DNA from: an uncultured Bacteroidales bacterium
GTDB taxonomy: Bacteria; Bacteroidota; Bacteroidia; Bacteroidales; Paludibacteraceae
Length of the DNA: 64,000 nt
Direction of reading: 5' to 3'
NCBI GenBank assembly: GCA_903912795.1
Contig: CAIWIS010000237.1
Location: forward strand, 15,736 to 79,735
Positions within the stretch are counted from its first letter, which is position 1, and every line of letters starts with the position of its first letter. The notes beneath the pieces were generated by a model. That model was not told where the DNA came from and did not search any database. It saw only the letters and a program-made list of their open reading frames with translations. This document shows, in pieces, positions 51,702 to 60,554 of this stretch. Made by a program: the position numbers and the translations under genes.

Positions 51702-52202
51702 ATGTATAATGAAAAAATGATACAATATGTTGGTGATAATTATAAAAAAATTACAAATACTTACGGCTATAAATTTCATAATTATCAAGCTGCGGAAGAT
51801 TGTTTACAACATTTTTTATATAAACTTTTAAAAAAAGATTATGACATCAAAAGTCCTGAAGCATTTTTAAAAAATGCAATGATTATGATTTTTATGAATT
51901 ATAAAAGAACTAATCGACGCTATGCATTTAATAGTGATTCATTATTTGATGAAGAACAAAATGATGATAAAAATTTAGAAAATCGTGGTATTCCAACATT
52001 TGAACCAACTTATATTGACGATATAAACTTTACGCAAACTATGGATATAGTATATAATGAAATTTCTAAATTGCCCAATAAACAACGTGAGGCAATTTTA
52101 AACCGTATTGCGGAAAAACATAATTGGGAAAACAATACTGAAAAAACTAATTATAGACAAGGTATTATTAAATTAAAAATTGCTTTAAATAATTTGGAGT
52201 AA
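51702..52202 (+). CDS. sigma-factor-like protein (small, ECF/gp55-sized)
   Basis: About 166 aa. Region-2-like QAAEDCLQHFLYKLLKK...FLKNAMIMIFMNYKR and region-4-like HTH LPNKQREAILNRIAEKHNW. Motif-level match only. Confidence 0.4.
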   Translation: MYNEKMIQYVGDNYKKITNTYGYKFHNYQAAEDCLQHFLYKLLKKDYDIKSPEAFLKNAMIMIFMNYKRTNRRYAFNSDSLFDEEQNDDKNLENRGIPTFEPTYIDDINFTQTMDIVYNEISKLPNKQREAILNRIAEKHNWENNTEKTNYRQGIIKLKIALNNLE

Positions 52203-52203
52203 T

Positions 52204-53769
52204 ATGTATTCTAATCAACTTATTTTTGGTAAAAATCAATTAACTAATATTGCTAGTGTTGAAGTTGATGGCGATAATTTAATTATTTTTCAGGAAAAAA
52301 ATGGGGAATTTGGTGAATTAACGACATCAGTTTTTCCTGCAACATATTGGTTTATTACTAATAAACGTATTTCACAAAAACAAATAGAACTTGAAGGAAA
52401 TCAATATTATAAATATTTAGCTGAATTTTCTTCTTTAGAAGAATATGAAAAAGTTAGATCTTTATTATATCAAAAACGTATAGATTTTTATACTATTTGG
52501 GATAAAAAAGAAGCTAATATGGTTCGTCAGGGCATTACTTATTATAAAGGTTTGCAACCTAAAGATATCAGCGTATTATCATTTGATATTGAATCTGATG
52601 GATTAAATAAAACTAAAAATTCTGAAATATATATTATTACTAATACTTTTAGACGAGGTGAAGAAATAATTCGTCAATCTTTCTTTTTAGATGATTATGA
52701 TACTCAAGCTGAAATGATTGATGATTGGTGTTTTTTTGTTAGAACAATGGACCCTAGTATTATTTTGGGACATAATATATTTTCATATGACTTTCCATAT
52801 TTAGCTCATGTTGCTGCATTGAATAATACAAGTTTAAAATTAGGTAGAGATGAATCTGATATTAGATTTAATGATAAAGCTTCTAGTTTTAGAAAAGATG
52901 GAAGTCAAAGTTATGAATACAATAAAGCTTTTATTTTTGGTCGTGAATTGGTTGATACTATGTTTTTATCAATTAAGTATGATGTTGCTAGAAATTTTCC
53001 ATCGTATGGTTTAAAATCAATTGTTAAACATTTAGGTATGGAAAAAGAAGGTCGAAGTTTTGTTGATGCTAGTAAAATTAAACATTTTTATAATGAAAGA
53101 ATTAAATTTCCTGAAATGTGGGATAAAACTAAAGCTTATGCTGAAGAAGATTCGGATGATGCTTTAAAACTATATGATTTAATGTCGCCTAGCTTTTTTT
53201 ACATGACACAAAATATTAGTAAAACTTATCAAGAAATTAATTGTGGAGCTACTGGTTCTCAAATTAATAATATGATGGTTCGTAGTTATTTTCAATTAAA
53301 TCATAGTATTGCTAAAGCTAGTGAAGCAGAACCTTTTGAAGGAGGCATTTCACTAGGAGTTCCTGGAATATATAAAAACTGTTTAAAGTGGGATTTAGCA
53401 TCTGCATATCCTCACACTATTATACAATACAATTTATATGATAAACGCAAAGATCCTGCCGGTAATTTTTTAACGATGGTAAAATATTTTACTAAAGCTC
53501 GTATTCAAAATAAAAAACTAGCCAAAGAAACGAATTTAATTTACTATAAAGATTTGGAACAAAGTCAAAAAATAGTGATAAATAGTTTTTTTGGATTTTG
53601 TGGGGCTACAGGATTAAATTATAACGCACCAGCTATTGCCGCAGAAATTACTAGACGTTGTCGCGGTTATATTATAGAATCAATAAAATGGGCAACAGGA
53701 CAAGAATTAGATTATTGGAAATTGAAATCCTCTGGAGAAGAATTAGATGAAGAAAAGCGGGATTTATAA
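52204..53769 (+). CDS. family B DNA polymerase, N-terminal fragment (exonuclease, motif A, motif B)
   Basis: ExoI FDIESDG, ExoII GHNIFSYDFPYL, ExoIII YAEEDSDD, motif A DLASAYPH, motif B KIVINSFFGF. Stops about 10 codons before where motif C is expected. Confidence 0.85.
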   Translation: MYSNQLIFGKNQLTNIASVEVDGDNLIIFQEKNGEFGELTTSVFPATYWFITNKRISQKQIELEGNQYYKYLAEFSSLEEYEKVRSLLYQKRIDFYTIWDKKEANMVRQGITYYKGLQPKDISVLSFDIESDGLNKTKNSEIYIITNTFRRGEEIIRQSFFLDDYDTQAEMIDDWCFFVRTMDPSIILGHNIFSYDFPYLAHVAALNNTSLKLGRDESDIRFNDKASSFRKDGSQSYEYNKAFIFGRELVDTMFLSIKYDVARNFPSYGLKSIVKHLGMEKEGRSFVDASKIKHFYNERIKFPEMWDKTKAYAEEDSDDALKLYDLMSPSFFYMTQNISKTYQEINCGATGSQINNMMVRSYFQLNHSIAKASEAEPFEGGISLGVPGIYKNCLKWDLASAYPHTIIQYNLYDKRKDPAGNFLTMVKYFTKARIQNKKLAKETNLIYYKDLEQSQKIVINSFFGFCGATGLNYNAPAIAAEITRRCRGYIIESIKWATGQELDYWKLKSSGEELDEEKRDL

Positions 53770-54451
53770 AATTATTAATTTAATTAATAATAAATTCTAT
53801 ATAGGATCTTCTATTGATTTAGATAATAGATTTAAAAATCATATAGCTATGTTAAATAAAAATACGCATATTAATATAAAATTACAAAGAGCCTGGAATA
53901 AATATGGACAAAACAATTTCATATTTCATATTATCGAATTTTGTTCTTCAAATAAATGTTTAGAATTAGAACAATTTTATTTAAATTCGATTATGGGGTT
54001 TTATAATATCGCTTCAAACGCTTCTGCACCTATGACAAATAGAAAACATAATCAAAAAACTTTAGATAAATTAAAAGGTCGAAAATGTTGGAATAAAGGA
54101 ATTAAAAGGACTGAAGCTGAAAAACTTTTAATGTCTAAAAATAGAAAATTGGCTTATCAAAACATGGACCAAAAATCTATTGAAATATGGAAACAAAAAA
54201 TTCGCCAAAATCCTAATAAATATTGGACCAATAAAAAGCTTCCTGAAGAAATGAAACAAAAAATTAGCGATTTTTGGAAAAATAAAAATAATTTCAATTT
54301 ATTATGTGAACAAAATAATAAATTATATTCAACACAATTAGAAGCAGCAAAAGATTTAAAAATTAAACAAGGTCATATTAGTGAACATTTAAATGACAAA
54401 AGATCTAATGTTTTTGGATATACTTTTAAAAAGGTATTAAAAAATGTATAA
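53747..54451 (+). CDS. GIY-YIG homing endonuclease (I-TevI/Seg-like)
   Basis: GIYKIIN...KFYIGSS...R..NH, followed by NUMOD3-like GRKCWNKGIKRTEAEK. Overlaps both polymerase fragments. Confidence 0.85.
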   Translation: MKKSGIYKIINLINNKFYIGSSIDLDNRFKNHIAMLNKNTHINIKLQRAWNKYGQNNFIFHIIEFCSSNKCLELEQFYLNSIMGFYNIASNASAPMTNRKHNQKTLDKLKGRKCWNKGIKRTEAEKLLMSKNRKLAYQNMDQKSIEIWKQKIRQNPNKYWTNKKLPEEMKQKISDFWKNKNNFNLLCEQNNKLYSTQLEAAKDLKIKQGHISEHLNDKRSNVFGYTFKKVLKNV

Positions 54452-55217
54452 TTTTAAATTAGTTAATGCAGATACCGATTCGATAATGGTTTGTAAAGAA
54501 AATGGTGAACTATTTAGCGTTGAAGAACAACAAGCTTTAATTGGCGAACTAAACAACATGTTTCCTGAACATATCAACTGGGATGAGGATGGATATTTTA
54601 GTTCAGTAGTTGTTATAAAGGCTAAAAATTACGTTTTAAAAGAACATGAAACTAATAAAATTAAAATTAAAGGATCAGGATTAAAAGATAGTAAAAAAGA
54701 ATTTGCTATGCGAGAAATGATGAGTAAAATTGTAGAAGCATTACTCAATCATGAAATTGATAAAATTCAAGAAATTTATGAATCATATATTAAAGAAGCA
54801 ATTTTAGTTAAAGATATTATGCGTTGGTCACAAAAAAAGACTGTTACGGAATCAGTTTTAAACTGTGCTAATGGTGAAGGTCGTAAAAATGAGATGGATG
54901 TCTATAAAGCTATCGAAAATGAAACAGTTCAAGCCGGAGATAAAATTTATTTATATCCAGTAATATTTGGAACAGAAGTTATTCCTGGAGGAATATCTGA
55001 AAAAACTGGTAAACCGCTTAAAGATAAAACAGTTGAAATTACTGGTTTAAAATTAGCTCAAAATTGGTCTAATGACCATGATGTTGATAAATTATTAGAT
55101 CGAGTATATGCCACTATAAAAATTTTTAAATCGGTTATTGACATTAATCAATTTGTAGATTATACTAAAAAAAGTAATCACGAATTATTAAAGCAATTAA
55201 AAAGGAATATACTTTGA
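54444..55217 (+). CDS. family B DNA polymerase, C-terminal fragment (motif C and thumb)
   Basis: Starts MYNFKLVNADTDSIMV (motif C, DTDS); 257 aa. Confidence 0.8.
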   Translation: MYNFKLVNADTDSIMVCKENGELFSVEEQQALIGELNNMFPEHINWDEDGYFSSVVVIKAKNYVLKEHETNKIKIKGSGLKDSKKEFAMREMMSKIVEALLNHEIDKIQEIYESYIKEAILVKDIMRWSQKKTVTESVLNCANGEGRKNEMDVYKAIENETVQAGDKIYLYPVIFGTEVIPGGISEKTGKPLKDKTVEITGLKLAQNWSNDHDVDKLLDRVYATIKIFKSVIDINQFVDYTKKSNHELLKQLKRNIL

Positions 55218-56239
55218 AATTCTATAAATCAAAACAAAACGAATCTAAAGAATTATGTTGTATAGCTTGGTCTAATACTCATGGTGGTTATTTAGCTACA
55301 ACTAATGGAGTTCGTCTTGGTGTTGCGGTTTTAGATAAAGAAGAATTTTTACATGTTAAAGCTGGTAATCTAGATGTTTTATATAATTGCGGTGAACCTG
55401 TTGAAAATTTGGATATAGCACATGATTACTTAGAAGATTCTAAAATTGACAATTCTAATGAATTTATGATTTATATTAATAAACAAGTAAGTCGAAATGA
55501 ATTACCTTATGGAGTATTTAGAGTTAATTTGACTGATAGAGGTTTATTATTTAAAAATTATAATAGTTCGGTAAATATACCGTCAACTTTAATTAAAACC
55601 CACAATTTAAAAGAAGAAGTATTAAATTTTTTTAATAATCCTATTGTTGATAGAAAAAACAAAAAAGGTATTCTTTTATATGGACCTCCTGGGAACGGTA
55701 AAACTTCAGATTTAATTTCACTTTTTGATATTTGTGAAGAAATGAAAATGAGAATTTTTATGGTAAATAGTAAAGTTCCATTAGCATTTTTAAGTGAAGT
55801 CCAATCTTCTTTAGAATGTGATAGATCTATTTTTATTTTTGAAGAAATGACTGAGCGTATTGATAGAAATGGTACAGAAGACATTTTGACATTCTTAGAT
55901 GGTGAAAACTCTTGGAATAATTCTATCACTATTGGTACAACAAATTACCCTAAAGATTTCCCAGCTAATCTCATCGACCGTCCTGGACGATTTGATACAT
56001 TTATTGAATACTCTAATCCTAATAAACAGCAAAAAATTGAATTAGCTGAAAAATTCGGATTTAATGAATCGGAAATTTTAGATTTAATGAATAAAGATCT
56101 TAGTTTTGATTATTGTTCATTTATCATGTCTCAGGCTAAAGCTAAAAATATTTCAGTTAGTGAAACAATTAAAATTGAAGCAGAAAAACGTCAAAAAATT
56201 TCAGGAACATTTAGGACAACAATGGGTTTAGGATTTTAA
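55214..56239 (+). CDS. classic-clade AAA ATPase
   Basis: Walker A GPPGNGKTS, Walker B IFIFEE, sensor-1 GTTN, Arg finger DRPGRFD. TTG start in a TTGA overlap. Confidence 0.75.
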   Translation: MKFYKSKQNESKELCCIAWSNTHGGYLATTNGVRLGVAVLDKEEFLHVKAGNLDVLYNCGEPVENLDIAHDYLEDSKIDNSNEFMIYINKQVSRNELPYGVFRVNLTDRGLLFKNYNSSVNIPSTLIKTHNLKEEVLNFFNNPIVDRKNKKGILLYGPPGNGKTSDLISLFDICEEMKMRIFMVNSKVPLAFLSEVQSSLECDRSIFIFEEMTERIDRNGTEDILTFLDGENSWNNSITIGTTNYPKDFPANLIDRPGRFDTFIEYSNPNKQQKIELAEKFGFNESEILDLMNKDLSFDYCSFIMSQAKAKNISVSETIKIEAEKRQKISGTFRTTMGLGF

Positions 56240-56475
56240 TGAATAATTTAATTCACTTGGAAGAGTTAATACTTGCTAAAAAAGTTTGTGAAGACTTTCC
56301 AAGTGCTATTAGAAAGATTGACATTTGTCACGATCAATTGTATAATTATAAAGAATATATTGATATTATGCGAGTAATTAGACAATTAGAAGAATCTAAA
56401 TATATGATGGAATTAACTTTAGAAGTTTATACTCAAGTTTTAAAAAATGCTAGAGGAATTGATGAGCAAAAATAA
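56239..56475 (+). CDS. hypothetical protein
   Basis: 78 aa, TAATG overlap. Confidence 0.55.
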   Translation: MNNLIHLEELILAKKVCEDFPSAIRKIDICHDQLYNYKEYIDIMRVIRQLEESKYMMELTLEVYTQVLKNARGIDEQK

Positions 56476-58051
56476 TATAAAAAATAAAATTTTAGAAACT
56501 TTCATTAAACTTATAAAAGAAAAAAAAATGACACCAAGTCGTTCTGAGCTTCATAAAGCTGGAATAACTCAAGATATGTATAGACATCATTTTAAAACTA
56601 TTGCAGGTCTTAAAGAAGCGGCTAGACAAAAAGATCCTAAAGCATTTGAACAAATGATTGATGAAACAGTTTTTAGTCCTAAAATTCTTAAAAAACTTAA
56701 AGGTGAAGTAAAAAAATATAATAAATTTGTAATTACAACTGCAGTCACTGGAATGTCAGTACACAGTGCTTTTTATAAAAATTTAAAATTTTATTGTGAA
56801 AAAAATAATGCTAAACTTTTAATTCTTCCTAGCACAGATCCTGCAGCTATTGCTGGATTTGAAATTGATGGTGGTTTATTTAATGAATCAATTGTTGTTC
56901 AAGATTTAGCTTTAAACGACAATTTAATGATTTCAACATTTAAAACGTCTGCTAAACAAATTAATCCTTTGACTGGTCTTCGTCGCATGGGTCGTCGTGA
57001 AAGATCTATGATTGTCGCAAGTCCTAAACAATTTTTAGAATATGTACCTATAGCTAATGATGCAATGTCTCATGCTTTAATGACAACTGGAGCAATTACT
57101 AAACCTCAATATCACACAGAACGATATATGTCACTTAGAACTGCATATATTGCTGAATTAGATCATAAACTTGGCGCAATTGTTGTTGAGTTACAAGATA
57201 ATAAAACTTTTCACTTTAGACAAATTCAAGCTGAATATGGCACTGGATTTTTTATAGATAATGGTATTTATTATAAAATAAATAAAACTACATCAATTCG
57301 ACCTGAAGCTTTAGTATTAGGCGATATTCATGTAGGTTCATTAAGTGGTGATGTAATTCAAACTACAGATGATATTATTTCAACTTTAAAACCTAAACGT
57401 GTATTTTTACATGATTTATTTGATGGCGTTTCTTGTAATCCACATGCTTCAGCTCAATATTTAACTAGAGCTAAATTTACATTATCACAATTAAGTATTG
57501 AAGAAGAATTAAAATTGGTTAAAGAATATTTAACTGAAATGAGAGCAAAACATTCGTGTGTTGAGGAATGGGTTATTGTTCGATCAAACCATGATTTATT
57601 TTTAGATAGACTTCTCGATTCTGGTGACTATATTAAAGATCCTATTAATAGTAAAATCTGTCATAAATTGGCTTCACTTAAACTTGACGGAAAAATGCCT
57701 TTACAAGAAGGTTTAAAATTGGTGGGCTTAAATGTATCTAAAATTAAATTTTTATCCATTAATGATAGCTATAGAATTGCTGGAATTGAACATGGAGTTC
57801 ACGGACATTTAGGATTAAATGGTCAAAGAAATCCTGGTAATTCTAGTTTAGAAATTGCTTATGGTTCAGGAACATTTGCTCATAGTCATTCTGCTGGTAT
57901 TCTTCGGGATATTTTTAGAGTAGGTACTTCTACTGAAATGCGCCTTGGTTATAATAATGGCGCATCTAGTTGGACTAATACTTGTTGTCCAACTTATGCT
58001 AATGGTAGTCGCCAATTAATTAATGATATTAATGGTAAATGGAGAATTTAA
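56462..58051 (+). CDS. calcineurin-like metallophosphoesterase with an N-terminal extension
   Basis: Ordered motifs GDIHVG, HDLFDG, RSNHD, HGVHGH and HSHSAG. I prefer the start at 56462 (AGAGGA SD). Confidence 0.6.
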   Translation: MSKNNIKNKILETFIKLIKEKKMTPSRSELHKAGITQDMYRHHFKTIAGLKEAARQKDPKAFEQMIDETVFSPKILKKLKGEVKKYNKFVITTAVTGMSVHSAFYKNLKFYCEKNNAKLLILPSTDPAAIAGFEIDGGLFNESIVVQDLALNDNLMISTFKTSAKQINPLTGLRRMGRRERSMIVASPKQFLEYVPIANDAMSHALMTTGAITKPQYHTERYMSLRTAYIAELDHKLGAIVVELQDNKTFHFRQIQAEYGTGFFIDNGIYYKINKTTSIRPEALVLGDIHVGSLSGDVIQTTDDIISTLKPKRVFLHDLFDGVSCNPHASAQYLTRAKFTLSQLSIEEELKLVKEYLTEMRAKHSCVEEWVIVRSNHDLFLDRLLDSGDYIKDPINSKICHKLASLKLDGKMPLQEGLKLVGLNVSKIKFLSINDSYRIAGIEHGVHGHLGLNGQRNPGNSSLEIAYGSGTFAHSHSAGILRDIFRVGTSTEMRLGYNNGASSWTNTCCPTYANGSRQLINDINGKWRI

Positions 58052-58326
58052 TGGATTTTCTTGGAAAAAGAGTTAGAATTACAGATAAACATATCGAATT
58101 TTATTTAAATGAAAGTTATTTTGGATTTGAACATCCAAATAATACAGTTATTTATTCAACATATGATAGAGCAATTGAAGCTTGTTTATTAATGGGAATT
58201 TTTAACGATTCATTTCCTGGAATTATTACTGGCAAATCGCCAAAAACTGGAAATTATTTAATTCATTTTGATACTGGTTATGCAGCATTTTTTCCAACAA
58301 ATGATGTTATTTTTCAGGAGAATTAA
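58051..58326 (+). CDS. hypothetical protein
   Basis: The ATG overlaps the previous TAA; GGAG SD. Confidence 0.5.
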   Translation: MDFLGKRVRITDKHIEFYLNESYFGFEHPNNTVIYSTYDRAIEACLLMGIFNDSFPGIITGKSPKTGNYLIHFDTGYAAFFPTNDVIFQEN

Positions 58327-58329
58327 AAT

Positions 58330-58929
58330 ATGTTGACTTCAATGGGTGATGTAATGAGAGAAGCACATAAACGTGGCTGGATTACAACTCGTGATGGTAA
58401 TATTTCTTTAAGAAGAGAAGATAAATTTTATATTACTCCATCTGGAGTTAGAAAATATTTAATTCATCCTGAACACATTGTTAAATATTATGTTGATGAT
58501 TTTGATGATACACTTATGGGTAGAAATGAAGGAACTCCTTCTGGAGAGCTAGAAATGCATCGGTTACTTCAAACAACCGCAGATTTTGAAGGATGTAGAG
58601 CTGTAGTACATTTACATCCAACATACATTATTGCTGCGATCCATCGAGGATTCGATTTACAAAAATTAGCAGCAGACTTTCCTGAAGTATCTAGATATAC
58701 TAAAGTTGGCCCCACAGTTCCGGTTTTACCAGTTATATCTAAAGAATTAGCTATTGCAACACATGAAGTAATGACTGACATTTTTAGTTCATCTTTAGAA
58801 TATGATATAGTAGGTCAAGCAGGACATGGTGTTTGTGCTATCGGTAAATCGCCTTGGGATGCATTTGAGCATATAGAACGACTTGAACATATTTGTCAAA
58901 TTGTATTAGCTTCTGGAGTAAATCCGTGA
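58330..58929 (+). CDS. class II aldolase/adducin-family protein
   Basis: 199 aa. GNISLR...ITPSG, SGELEMH and VVHLHPTY zinc-ligand pattern, as in fuculose-phosphate aldolase or ribulose-5-P epimerase. Confidence 0.65.
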   Translation: MLTSMGDVMREAHKRGWITTRDGNISLRREDKFYITPSGVRKYLIHPEHIVKYYVDDFDDTLMGRNEGTPSGELEMHRLLQTTADFEGCRAVVHLHPTYIIAAIHRGFDLQKLAADFPEVSRYTKVGPTVPVLPVISKELAIATHEVMTDIFSSSLEYDIVGQAGHGVCAIGKSPWDAFEHIERLEHICQIVLASGVNP

Positions 58930-59129
58930 AACGAAGTGAAATGTTAAAATTTCTTTATGATACTACTGATAAATTTATAGCTAATAATACTGATGAAAAT
59001 TTAATTGATGTGGTATTAGATGAGTGCGTTAAATTGGGTATGTTACCTCCTCCTTCAGTAAAAGAAATTTATGATGGAGATAATACAAATTTTGAAGTAA
59101 TCTATGATTGGGAAGATGAAAATGATTAG
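58926..59129 (+). CDS. MKRSEM paralog-family protein (GTG start)
   Basis: VKRSEMLKFL...LGMLPPPSV...WEDEND. The 5' nucleotides GTGAAACGAAGTGAAATG match 45530 and 45843. Confidence 0.55.
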   Translation: MKRSEMLKFLYDTTDKFIANNTDENLIDVVLDECVKLGMLPPPSVKEIYDGDNTNFEVIYDWEDEND

Positions 59130-59751
59130 AATACCGAATAAAAAAGCTTCAGATGAAGCTGAACAATCATCAGAGGATTTAGATTATATTATTTCAGGAG
59201 TTGATTTAGAATCTCGACGAATTGAATTTCGTGGAGAAGTTAATGAAACAATGTCGTCTATTATAATTCGTTCATTACTTAAAATGAGCGAAAAATCATT
59301 ATCGCCCATTGAAATATACCTTTCTAGTCCTGGCGGAGATGTATATGAAGGATTGGCAATTTATGATGCAATAATGGCATGTCCTTGTGATATTCATATT
59401 ATAGCTTCAGGAAAAATTATGTCAGCAGCTTTTATAATTTTCTTAGCTGGAGACATAAGATTAGCTGCCCCACATACAACATTTATGATGCACTCAGTTT
59501 CATATGATCCTGGTAATGGTATTGTAAAAAGCCATGAAGTACAAGTAAATGAAGGTAAAAGAATTAATAATGTATTTTTAGATATTATGTCTTCTAGAAC
59601 TAATCGTAATAAAAAATGGTGGTATAGAACTATTTTGAATCAAGATAAATATTTAAATTTACAAGATGCTATTGAAGTTGGTATAATTAAAATGGCACAA
59701 CAAATTAAAAAACCTATCAAGAAAGTAGTAAAGAAAAATGTCAGAAAATAA
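59116..59751 (+). CDS. ClpP-family (S14) serine peptidase
   Basis: LSSPGGDVYEGLAIYDAI, Ser in GKIMSAAF, His in FMMHSV, C-terminal Asp region. The start is ambiguous (59104/59116/59122). Confidence 0.75.
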   Translation: MKMIRIPNKKASDEAEQSSEDLDYIISGVDLESRRIEFRGEVNETMSSIIIRSLLKMSEKSLSPIEIYLSSPGGDVYEGLAIYDAIMACPCDIHIIASGKIMSAAFIIFLAGDIRLAAPHTTFMMHSVSYDPGNGIVKSHEVQVNEGKRINNVFLDIMSSRTNRNKKWWYRTILNQDKYLNLQDAIEVGIIKMAQQIKKPIKKVVKKNVRK

Positions 59752-60163
59752 TAAATCAATGGGACAAAAAAATGATCAAGAAAAACCAGATCTTTCGCTT
59801 ATTCCAACTGACGCATTATGGGGTATGGCAAAAGCTTTAACTTATGGTGCTAGAAAATATGACAAACATAATTTTCGTAAAGGAATTGCTTATTCAAGAT
59901 TAATAGCCGCAACGATGCGACATCTTTCAGCTTTTAATGAAGGTGAAAATAACGATACTGAAAGTAGTTTATCTCATATAGATCATGCAATGGCATCTTT
60001 AGCAATGCTTAAATTTATGATGGAAAATCAATCTCGAATGGATGATAGATATATTGCACCTAAAAATATTTTAAATGAATCAACCAAAGATCCAGAAATT
60101 AATATAATTAATGATGAAACGCGGTATCTTATGGGTATGAAAATTCAAATGAGAGGGCGATAA
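59738..60163 (+). CDS. dATP/dGTP diphosphohydrolase N-terminal-domain-like (DUF5664/MazG-like) protein
   Basis: KPDLSLIPTDALWGMAKALTYGARKYDKHNFRKG...RHLSAF..GE..D.ES.LSHIDHA matches my recollection of that family. Confidence 0.55.
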   Translation: MSENNKSMGQKNDQEKPDLSLIPTDALWGMAKALTYGARKYDKHNFRKGIAYSRLIAATMRHLSAFNEGENNDTESSLSHIDHAMASLAMLKFMMENQSRMDDRYIAPKNILNESTKDPEINIINDETRYLMGMKIQMRGR

Positions 60164-60164
60164 A

Positions 60165-60491
60165 ATGATCGTTACTCGATCAGAAAAATTAGTATATGTT
60201 GATGTTGATGAAACTCTTATAATGAGAAGTTCAACTGGCATAAAACTTGATTATTACGGTATGGAATGGACTATAAGTCCTATAATGGAAAATATTAATT
60301 TTATGATTTCGTTAAAAGAACGAGGTTATTACGTTATAGTTCATTCTGCTAATGGTTGGTTACATGCAAAAAAAGTCATTGAATTGTTGTATCTAGTTGA
60401 TTTTGTTGATGAAATTAAAAGTAAACCTATTAAATATGTTGATGATAAACCAGTAGAAGAATGGTTTGGACCTAGAATTTATTTTAAATAA
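60165..60491 (+). CDS. small HAD-superfamily-like protein
   Basis: 108 aa. DxDxT-like VDVDETL near the N-terminus, later HSANG and K...VDD; weak. Confidence 0.35.
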   Translation: MIVTRSEKLVYVDVDETLIMRSSTGIKLDYYGMEWTISPIMENINFMISLKERGYYVIVHSANGWLHAKKVIELLYLVDFVDEIKSKPIKYVDDKPVEEWFGPRIYFK

Positions 60492-60496
60492 TACTA

Positions 60497-60525
60497 TTGA
60501 CTTTATTTTATAATTTTATTATAAT
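60497..60525 (+). promoter_or_regulatory. sigma-70-like promoter TTGACT-17-TATAAT
   Basis: Read directly from the sequence. Confidence 0.6.
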
Positions 60526-60554
60526 ATCTATATAACTTATGGTAAGGATTAAAT

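Noticed and set aside
53700-54460. A group I intron or an intein interrupting the DNA polymerase.
   Set aside because: The GIY-YIG ORF overlaps both polymerase fragments, leaving essentially no non-coding RNA for an intron core. No Hint-domain splicing blocks are present. The case stays open only as a minor alternative, pending RT-PCR.
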